A stretch of DNA of 64,000 nt from Botryllus schlosseri (Eukaryota): the NCBI GenBank assembly GCA_051294905.1, contig CM119373.1, positions 3,288,001-3,352,000 on the forward strand, given 5' to 3'. Shown here piece by piece: positions 53,768 through 64,000 of this stretch. Position 1 is the first letter of the stretch. Each line of letters begins with the position of its first letter. Position numbers and translations under genes: made by a program. The notes below the pieces were generated by a model. The model did no database searches, was not told the DNA's origin, and was given only the letters and a program-made list of their open reading frames with translations.

Positions 53768-53817
53768 CGTGTTGTGCGTCACCAATTGTTGCTTGTCCGA
53801 TTCCGTTGTCGATAAAT
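53768..53817 (-). CDS. RFX: RFX 50-nt linker exon (DLSTTESDKQQLVTHNT), shared by isoforms A and B
   Basis: ttttgacag acceptor and ACG|GTAAGA donor. It converts phase 1 to phase 0, which is needed to join both upstream exons to exon 42113-42180. Confidence 0.75.
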
Positions 53818-55713
53818 CTGTCAAAATAGAGATTACCGGGTGAAACACTGAAACATATTCGAAAATACCGTTAAGAATCAACGCAGTTCTCACAAAAACG
53901 CATTTTTCAAGTAAAACAGATTGCAAAGTTAGCGCAATTTTGAACTTCCCGGGTGATATAAATGAGAATTATCTTATAGTCAAATCTAGGTTGCAAAGCT
54001 ATGTACGTACATCATAACACACGAATTGGTTTAGTTGCGCGATAAGCCGTTTGTAATTTTTCGGGTTAACATAGATTTAACAGTAAGCGCTCTTTTGACC
54101 TTCCCGAGTGATATAAACGAAAATTCTGATACAGTGTAACGTGATTTCCCTAAGTTATGTAAAATGCCCGCGTTACTTTAGCTTAATATTGTGCTAACTG
54201 AATTTTATAATGCAGGGTGTTGCATGTTGCAATTATACTATAAATCCGCCTCGGTCGCCAGGCCTGAGTCGCTATATTATGCGACGAAATAGGAATACCG
54301 TCTATAACCGCCCCGGGCCCGAACAATGTCGGACAGGGTCTGTCAATCTCGCAAAATAGCGGCCAGTGTCGGAGGTTTCCAAGCTTTATCCTTAGAATCT
54401 CACCAAAACTCTATTTATTAACTTAATTAGCTTTGTTCTGTGTGGTATTCGTGGAGTTTTTGACTACAGTAAAACAGGCTCTATGATTTAGCCTCAATGG
54501 CGAATTTAAACGGGAAATGAACTATTCAGGCTGCTTACGGGCAGTAGAACGCGAAGCGTGCAGGCTGCGCTGACTTCATATTCTCAAATTACCAACATGA
54601 CACAATTTAGGCTGTGACATCACAAAGGGTAATTGTAACCAAGACGTCCGCTCGCAGTAATATGACACCATCGGCGCTACATTCTCAATATTACTGTAGA
54701 AATTGATAATGTAAATAACGGTAATAACCCTACTATCATAATCTTAACGAATACAAATATCACATAGTTACCGTTAACTTGGTATTATATTATATTTTAT
54801 TATGAGCATGCTGCATCCATTTTCGGACTCAATTCTAACAGGTGCGCTGCATTTATTCATCGTCATTTATTTGTACTTTATCGTGAATTACGGGGCTATA
54901 GATAACACATAACAGCGATTGATGTGATCTGCCGATGACATGGACTGCGCTCGTATTTTTATGCGTTATACTTACGTAATTACAGACATAAAATCTCTAA
55001 TCCTGTCACTTCAGATATGTTCAGAAACGTAAACGACTAACGACTATTCGCAAAGAGAACTCGCGTCATTGCTACACGTCGAGTAACACAAACATCTTAC
55101 AGTGCAAAGCAACGTGTTTCTAAACCTACTAACTGCGAAATCAAGTCGCTCGCGATACACCGCAATGTTATAACAAGATCACACGAATCGCCGCACAAAA
55201 ACAATAGCTTAGGTACAACGAAAATTGTGGACGCGCGGAAAATTGTCGACTATAAAGTCTCAGTCGCAATTTAAAAACAAAATTTGCGGAGGCAAGATAT
55301 CTTCTGACGCTGCCGGACATTTGAGCCCACGACAAAATTAAAAACGACAGTCGAGCATGCGACAATGTAGCTTGAACTGACAAGGAGCTTGAGCACGAGA
55401 CTTGATAACTTCAAAACTAAACCTAAAACCAACCGTGCTCAATTGCTCAGACTCGCATGCTCTTGTGTCACATGCTCACATGTCTGCGGGAATGTATTCG
55501 GAACAAATATTTGGAGCGTGCGATCATTTTCAATGTCGAATAAAATCTCGCTTTCACTGTGACACACCAAAATAATGATGACGTCATAATACCAAAACTG
55601 AGAACTTATGGGGCAAAACCGACTTTCGCCCCCTCCGCAACTTAACACAAAAGCTATGCTGCTTTATTGGTAATACAAGTATACAAAAACTAGCTTGACT
55701 TTGACATACGCAC

Positions 55714-56053
55714 CTTGGTAGTACCCAGTACCCCAAGACCAGTCCGTGCTGCGCGGTATATCGCAACTGCCCCCGGGATTATACTGACTCGCAACCCCGT
55801 TGCTGCAAGCGCCAGCCGCAGCCTGGTTACCGGGCGGATAAACAAAATCAACAGCCCTGTCGCCTTGACTCCAGTCAGCCCCGTGAAAATTACCATGGTC
55901 CTGGTAACTCTGGTGATAATTCGGCGCGTCTGACTTAATACCGTGGCCGTAATACGCAGAATTCGGAGCTGTGGCCGACCAAGGGTAAGCGGCGGGAGGA
56001 ACATCACCTTGAGAACCAGGCTGACCAGACCACCATTCTGCTTTAATAGGCAT
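55714..56053 (-). CDS. RFX: RFX alternative first coding exon, isoform B (MPIKAEWWSGQPG...GTGYYQ)
   Basis: GC-rich 113-codon open stretch rich in Y/G/P/Q/W, ending at phase-1 donor AAG|GTGCGT, compatible with exon 53768-53817. Confidence 0.7.
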
Positions 56054-58082
56054 TTTTGTATGATAGCCAAAGACTGACCAATGGACAATCTCTCTCAGAG
56101 TCTAAATCGTAAATCGCTGGCCCTAGTTTTATACGCTGATTAATATACGCGTGTATAGAGCTGATTGTATTGCGACAGACGATAATTGATCGTGATGGCC
56201 GTGCGAAGAAGGGTGAGAAATGGGTTAGTTTTAAGGGGCACGCGCCAACGAAAGCGAAGGCTAAGTCTGCCGGCGGCGCGTGTCAAAATTGCTGGTAATT
56301 TACGAGAACGGCACCTGGCTGCGATTGAACTGTAGCAAAAGTGGCGAATGTAAACATAGTAGTGATGGTGGTTGCGCGTTAGTGGCATGTTTGTAAATAC
56401 GACTTCTAGAAATTTCGGTTGATCGTATGGCAGCATATGTAACATCTGGGATATCTAGAACTAGAACTAGATATCCCTCATGTAAAATGTAGTACACGGG
56501 TAGCCAACATGCGGCCGTAGAAGGGAATTTGTGCGGCCGTGACACGCAATTCAATTAGTATGTGTCGGCGGCCGTCGACAGGCAAAGTGAATTTACGAAG
56601 TGACTCCCGAATTTTTGAGAGATTTTAATTAATCTTGAAATTTTCTGCGCGCACGGCGCGATTCAATGCTACACCTCGTTTTAATATAGTAGCGTGTTTT
56701 GCAATATGATCCCCACAGTACAGATGCGAACATGAGAGGAAAATAAGCCCCCCCTCGGGGAATCGTGCGCTTGTCACGAAAGAAATTTGTTTCTGGTACG
56801 TTTGGGCGATTCCGATCTATTTCCACTACACGGACAATCCTAATTGGAGGTCAAGAAATAACAGCACGCCACAAAGTGACTACCGGTAACAACAATTGGC
56901 CCACCCGAAGATGCATTTATAACGTGCCTTAAATTTTCGGAAACACTGCTTCCGGCAACTCCACCGGTGAATCTGATCACATGGACTGAGAAGTGGGAGA
57001 TATTTGGTAGTAGTATTATGTGAACCTACTAATCACGAAATTAACATGGACAGTTTACCGTGGGTATTTGGTGTCCAGTTAGTGCATTGCGACTATGTCC
57101 TGGAATGCAACCGTAGGCTACACAAGCAATCGGAATGCGGCCGTGAATATCAAAAAGTTTGGTCACCTCTCATGCATAGTACAAAGCTACGCGCGTTAGT
57201 GGAAATGCCATTCCTGCGAATTCGTGGAAAAGATATATTGGCCAAAAAAATATCAAATCATGTTTGAAGTGGTGTAAAGCAGCAGGCAATACCGGTATTT
57301 TGTTTGCGGTCGCAAAACCGGTACATATTCGAACTCTCCGCGTCATACACGAATCCTCGACTCAATTCGAAGCTTAATATTCTATTCACAATCGTATCAC
57401 TCACGAACTCGATTTTGCTCAATCCTACACACTAACGCGCCCCACCTGCTACAAGCCAGACCCCAAAAGCGATTGTTATTGTACGAATCTCAAACACCGC
57501 AGCACATCAAGCAAATTATCACGCCCGCGCGTACGCAAAACACGACGAAACCGCGTAGCGAATCGCAACATTTACTCCACGATTGTCGCTAAAATGTCAA
57601 CAATCTACAGATGACAATACGCAAAACAGCGCGCGCGCGCTGATAAGACACTAAGCGAGATCAAAGGAGCCGCGTTCTACATCGAGTACGCCCGCTCAGG
57701 ATATGCACATCTCGTGAAAGGAATCTTTACTATTACCCGCCAGAATACCAGAACGAGTCATTTCCGACAGATGTAATGTAATGTATGCGCTCCCTGCCAC
57801 TAAGAGGTAATTTATCAACGAGAATTATAGTTTCGACACCATTTTCCACATTGGTAGGATATAAATTTCGATTGGTTTTAGTCACGACCAAATGTAAAAT
57901 TTCAATCCAAAGTCGTGGTTTATAATATCAGTGATATTTTCAGAAAAATTGATGACCAGATAGAGGTATCGATCTTACAAAACACCCCACCTCTGATCAC
58001 AAGTATGGAAACCATCTTCAAAAAAGCGATTAGACATCACTACGCCGTCACGACGGAATAAAACAGGCCACATTCGACCCAC

Positions 58083-58204
58083 CTTGTTTGGCGCCCGACA
58101 CGCTCACGTACTGCGCCACCGGAATTTGATTCGGCGGCACAGTGACGGACACCGCGCCGGCCGACGCCACTTGGATAGCGGTCGCTTGCTGCATGCTCCA
58201 ATGC
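58083..58204 (-). CDS. RFX: RFX N-terminal exon, isoform A (MQQATAIQVASAGAVSVTVPPNQIPVAQYVSVSGAKQ)
   Basis: Acceptor ttcag, ATG at 58194, donor AAG|GTGGGT (phase 1). Q/V/A-rich like RFX N-termini. Joins exon 53768-53817 in frame. Confidence 0.75.
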
Positions 58205-60459
58205 CTGAATTTGAATACATCGCAATTAAAGTAATGGCTCAAGTAAAGATATACGGAATTGCAGCAGATGGTAATAGTATGCTGGTAATTGCGAAGATTC
58301 GAGTCAAGTGGTGTATGAGTTACTAATTTAACAGCGGGGTCGAAACATTCAAAAGTATTGGAATCAACAATTAGTCAGTTGACTAATCCCCGATTACGTA
58401 AACGTACGCTGGAAAGTTTTTCTGTATATCATACAAACATTCCACTAGTTCGCTCTGTTTTGTGTATGTCGTCACTGGTCTGTCTTTATAACCTTTAGGG
58501 TTGCTATTATTGTATCGTATTCTTCAAGGTTTATACTTGCCATTGATACCATTACTACAATTAGAGTTGCATTTAAAACAAATCGCTGTTTAAGCAGTGT
58601 ATAAAACAAATGAGCTATATTTACCCTACATATTTTCAATTGACAAATCACTATGACGTCACGGTTGAACATCAGTGACGTGGAAGAACACATGCTTTAA
58701 ACAAGGGCCTTGTCTTGAACATATTTGTTTTAAATGGATTCCTGTTTTAAATGCAACCCTGGATACAATGCGCATTTCATTGACTGTAATTCCTGATCGC
58801 TACGTCATACTTTGTCACGTTTGGTTTACTTTTGAATCTGTTTGAATCCCTTTAGTGTGCCGATAACTCTTGGTGAACGTGACAGGTACCCGATAAGTCT
58901 TTGAGTTGAAATAAAAAACGGGTCCGTCGCACTGTGTAGTTTGATCGTTTAATCTACTTTTGAGGAGGTTCCAAAGCCTCCACAGTAAAAATAGTTCGAA
59001 ACTACAGCTTTCACTGATAAATTAACTATTATTGCCGGAGAGCGTATCATTTCAGCACTCGAAAAATGACCTCTAACGGCTCGATCCGAATCATTGCAAT
59101 TATTCCTAGATTCAGAATTCGATACTCATATCATTGTGCAAAGCCTTATAGTTCAAACCCCTATAATTCAAACACGTCATGGGAGACTTCACTTGTAGCT
59201 GGCCATCAACATTTATCGCGAGCAATTAAGGCAACACGGTGCGTTAATCTCAAAATACCATTGTCGCACATTATACTGTATATTTCCTATACCGGGTGAG
59301 TACGGCAAACTTGACAATGTCGATTGTTGACACGCGGCCGCCTATTCCCATGACGCGCACGAGAATATTAAATCAGTAGCCAAGGTAATTAATAGAACGA
59401 GATATCACATTCGATTTGCAAACACCAGCGCGGGTGAGCGTAATTGATTTTAAAATAGGTTATCATCCATTGTCGCGGTGTTAGCGAGAAATTCTTTTAG
59501 CGAATCTACCAATTACGGACATGATTTCACACCTGTTGTACGAATCGCGGGGTAAACTCGAACAATACGCATCCGGGTACACCCCCAAGGCTTACATTTC
59601 GATTCTTGGCGATTACGATGGTCGTTTTTATGACTTGATAACTAAGGCGATGATTCGAGTGGTAATTCTAATGATTCGAGTAGTGGGGAGATGATTATTT
59701 CGAGTAAGAGCTAATTAATCAACGAAAATTGCAGTTTCGATGTTATTCTCTGCTGTGGTATCCTTGAAGTCTGGATTCGTTGTATTCCAGCATACGGACG
59801 GAACTCGTAGTACAAAGCGATTAGTGGAAATGATGTTTCCGCAAAGTGCAAAGAAATAGGTACGGTCGAAAAATACCAACTTATCTTCAAGCAAGGTGAT
59901 GTAGAACTGGCATTATATTCTTTGTTGTCGCATAATAGGTACATATTTGCACTTTTCGCGTCATTCACAGTGTTCCCTGACGTTATCATGCATAATTTCA
60001 CCGAACCCTACTCGTAACTGAGAATGCGGACGTTACTCTATCGCCCTCTGACGTATAAAATTAAATCGTGCACGCTCGAATGAATCGGACAAGTGCTGTA
60101 TCGGCGTCGGGTTGCTGACGCTATGCAGCCCGCGAATAGCCAAGATTGTGTCTCACTGTTAAAACAACTTGGCACCGAACTGTAATACGCTGATGGTCAT
60201 TGCATACGAACCTATCGAGTTCCTACATCCTAGCTACTGATTTTAACTTATGCCTTGACGCTGTGTGCAACAGCAAAATCTGTTTCTTAGTAGCCAAAAA
60301 CCAAGTACATGCACAGATGCACACATCAGTGGTATATTGCAACTAATTTCGCTTCTTACATGAGGGAACAGCACCCGTTATTACCACGTATTATTCGTGT
60401 CTTGCTGAAAGTATGATAATTTAATGTTTTCGCTAGTGTATGCCTTTGACTGGGCAGTC

Positions 60460-61075
60460 TAGGGCTGTTCAAAAATAACTTTTTTCTTCGGATTCCAGCC
60501 ATTCACTGATTAAATTGTCAGGTTACCCTAAAAAACGCTGCACACCAAATTTGGTTCGATTCTAACAAGTATAGGACTCCGCAGATCCAATTAAAATTTT
60601 TAATTTATTATGGAAAATTAAAAAAAAAAATTCCCAATTTTACTGCCAACCCCATGAAATTGTTGAGCTGTCTTCAAAGACGTTGCAAAACAAATTTGAG
60701 TCAATTCCGACCAGTAGAAGCGGAGTTATGTGAGTTTTTCGTTGATAAAGCGCGGATTATCCACCAATCAAGGATAATCCGAGAAATATCAACTATAAAC
60801 TCCAATAACTCCGCTTCTACTGGTCGGAATTGACTCAAATTTGTTTTGCAACGTCTTTGAAGACAGCTCAACAATTTCATGGGGTTGGCAGAAAAATTTG
60901 GAAAATTTTTTTTTTTATTTTCCATAATAAATTAAAAATTTTAATTGGATCTGCAGAGGCCTTTACTGGTTGGAATCGAGTGAAATTTGGTGAGCAAGGT
61001 TTTCTACTGCAACCTGACGATTTAAGAGGTGACCGGCTTGAATCGGGAAAAAAAAGTTATTTTTGAACAGCCCTA
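60460..61075. mobile_element. TAGGGCTGTT foldback MITE
   Basis: TAGGGCTGTTCAAAAATAAC...GTTATTTTTGAACAGCCCTA with near-perfect inner arms. Confidence 0.85.
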
Positions 61076-63911
61076 CTGGGCACCCTATTTAATGAAACAC
61101 TAATTACAAGATTAAGCATGGGCATAGTGATCATGATTTAAGCTTGATATGATTATGTGTTTGCTTAAACTGATTCAAAGGAAGAGGTGAGGCGATTGGT
61201 GTTTACATCTCTGCGAGTGCAACATTGGAAGTAAGTATGCCTATGCCAAAGCCCTAGCGACCGAAAATTACGCCAGCAGCAATAGAGACTACTACAGGTT
61301 TCCATCAAATGCTTTCTCGAATGCAATGATTGAATAGGAGAATTGCTAAAAAACTGCTCCCATCAATGTTTTTGAGTTATCGAATCAAACAAGTTTTTTC
61401 CCTAGCATAGGCTACCGTACTTGATTACAATATATATTCATATACTTGTGTTTTAAAATTGCTTTTAGGACAACAGTCATCGCAGCATAAGTTATTAGCT
61501 TGAAGACTTTTCGTGTGCCCCTTAATCAAGAGTTTTTAACGTTGCATTTTTCGCCATACTTTGCCAAATTGGTTTTCATTCATCATATGATTGTTATTGT
61601 GCCGATAAATATCAATGCGGGGCACACGGTATGTGTTTGAGTTAAATGAATTATACTGCAATGAATGTAGTCAATCAATATCCAAGTTCAGTACTGACAT
61701 GACAAGTCACCTATTCCAGTGCATTTACTTTTACATGCAATACAAAATCGTAACACTTTTATGTGTGATTGTGACTGGTACTGATATCCAAGCAATATGG
61801 ATTAGTGGGCCTATATTAGTTGATTTGACATTTCCATTTTAGATACCAGGTTACCAGTGATTAAGTGTTCATCTGAAGATGAATGGTATCTTACCAAGTA
61901 GATGATGCAACTTTTGACACATGAATTTTCTAACCTGAACACAGCCAACACAGATTGATCTAATGTGGGATGACGTTTGAGGCAGACCACAATACAGGTA
62001 TACGCTTTTCAAGGGAGGTGCAAATAAACAGCATTGTTTATAGGAGTTTAATCAGATAATACGATTGTATTTGATTGGACTTTGAAGATGAGTGTTCAGT
62101 TTATAGGGATGAAAGGGAACCGGCTGCTTTCAGAGACCGAAATCTCATATTCAACCCGTGAATAGAAATTTATAAAGTCTTACAGCATATTTAGGAACAT
62201 GTAAATTATTGGAGAGTTACAGAGAGATGAACTTTAATACTATTAATAAGATTACAACATCAAAGAGCCTTGAACAACATCATCTCATCCCATGGGTGGT
62301 AAGACTCGGCAGAAATCGTGTTACGGAGGTTCAAATTTGTGAAAAATCAATAGTTACTACTAGAGCAGCGCTCTCAATGTACATTTTAAAAGCCACTCGA
62401 TCTGATATGAACTTGAAATTTGAAGTGTTCTTGGGTGCGGGTGCCGGGTATTCATATGTCAAGTTTTTTACCACGTAAATGCATGATGAATGAAAAATCG
62501 TGATATTAGGGACATCTTTCGGTTCGAACGGTCACGGCCTACTATATTTTATATAATTTACCATAAAATACTCGAGTGCATTAAATATTTGAACATCCTA
62601 CAAGATAAATGTGGCAATTAGTGCTTAAACGGTGGGGTGAGAAATTGAATGTAATGATTTCAACGCTTATTAAGGTTTTAAATTATTTACACTATAATCA
62701 GTAGGCAAATTCAATTATTTAAGGATGTTGTCAGTGGTGGGTATTGTTTCTGAATAATTTAAATTTACATCCCCAAATTCCCCATCAACGAATATCAATG
62801 ATAAAAAGGTTAAATCCGGTGTTTTAAATTATTACAATAATTGAGTTGCTGAATTCTTTCAAAGCGTTCCTCATGGACATCACCACCAGATTTGGACAAA
62901 TATATAATTCTAGTTGTCCAATTATACTAATCAGAACAAAATACCAGTTACAATCTAATTCTAATCTAATTTGGAAGAAATTGTGTAGCAATAATTCTAG
63001 TTATAATCTAATTTACAAAAGCTCAAAATTTTATAGTTGTCAAACTAATGCCCACAATGAGCCTGGATTCAAATCTACATTGGTCTGTTGATGTAGCCTA
63101 TAACAAATCTGTTTCAAAATTATTTGACACTAACAGCTGAGCTGTGAATTGCAATGTATAGAATGCATGCAAAATCATTTAAACAACTATTAAATTCATA
63201 TTATGTCACGCGACGTATCGTTACTCTTATAGATCAAACTTATCAGAGGTTTAACGTTGTGACATCGAAGGTAAAAGATGTACATCCATAAGTTTTTTGT
63301 TTACGATTGCCACTGTAATAGTAGTCAATTTTGAGGCCGGCACTATATGGTCATCAGTGCGGTATCATACAAGGCGAAAAGTTATGTTCAATTTGCGATT
63401 TCATATTGAAGAAAATCAATATCCAATATTCATCAAATCTTCCATAGTATATCAAATGAACAGAGGTAATATATTATAGTTATTGGAATTATAATGTAAT
63501 GATGTATACTTCAATTCACTGCAGTTCATCATCAAGGCCAATTGCCTATATCAATATTACTTCACACTTACAGCATACTTTTGAATTATAATTATCAAAA
63601 CGATGGCAGACTTAACGTATGATCTCCATGTTCTCTTTATTTTGCAATAAACAATCGGCCGCAAAGGCAGTTGCATTACTAAAAGCATCGTAAGATTCGT
63701 AACTAGAATTGTCGATGGTCGCATCACGATGACTAACGATTCGAGTGAGCAAATATTGCTATACACGTCACGATAATTTGAATGCAAACCCAGGTATAGG
63801 GGGCTAGGTGCGAGGGTAAAAATGATGATGGTTTATAAATCATGCATACAACAAACAACGCAATCACTACACTACCACTCTGCTACGAATAAAATAGAAA
63901 AAATTGGTTAC

Positions 63912-64000
63912 CTTGTTACTGTCTCCAAGACTACGGTGGCTATGGCGTTCTGTCTCGAGGCAACTGTTGCCCAACGAGACAGCGTATTCATCCGCCAACT
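63912..64000 (-). other. Probable upstream RFX exon (5' UTR or coding), running off the window edge
   Basis: Donor AAG|GTAACC at 63911. Its phase-2 frame (MNTLSRWATVASRQNAIATVVLETVTR) is open and continues into HWSMQQ of exon 58083-58204. Confidence 0.45.
63952..63980. promoter_or_regulatory. Paired X-box-like sites
   Basis: GTCTCGAGGCAAC 63952-63964 and GTTGCCCAACGAGAC 63966-63980, each with a perfect GTTGCC half-site. Confidence 0.4.

Noticed and set aside
53935..54130. Short diverged direct duplication (CTTCCCG.GTGATATAAA, about 157-bp spacing)
   Set aside because: Only two degenerate units with no boundaries or function evident.
2968..58204. Non-canonical or transposon-derived (introner-like) introns
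   Set aside because: All reconstructed introns are GT-AG, and the MITEs lie inside introns rather than defining their boundaries.

Overview
Eukaryotic, intron-rich animal DNA. An invertebrate deuterostome such as an ascidian is my guess, but the sequence alone cannot prove it. Two convergent protein-coding genes were rebuilt by hand from GT-AG splice sites with consistent phases. (1) A + strand firefly-luciferase/4-coumarate-CoA-ligase-like acyl-adenylating enzyme has 11 coding exons visible (2968-19037, 487 aa); its first exon was not found. (2) A - strand RFX1/2/3-type transcription factor has 13 shared exons (42180-27130, 622 aa), three apparent alternative N-termini and X-box clusters inside its own locus. 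Introns and intergenic DNA are filled with non-autonomous elements: hAT-like MITE families with 8-bp target-site duplications (TSDs) nested several levels deep, foldback elements, tRNA-derived SINEs and a hAT transposase remnant. The most notable unannotated signals are: a dispersed non-coding repeat carrying a minimal type I hammerhead ribozyme (Penelope/retrozyme-like), whose intact copies all lie sense in RFX introns; a 28-bp micro-MITE family; TA-GGCC-TA and TA-CGG-TA excision footprints supported by paralogous empty sites; and an 82-bp perfect template-switch palindrome that replaced a SINE B-box.
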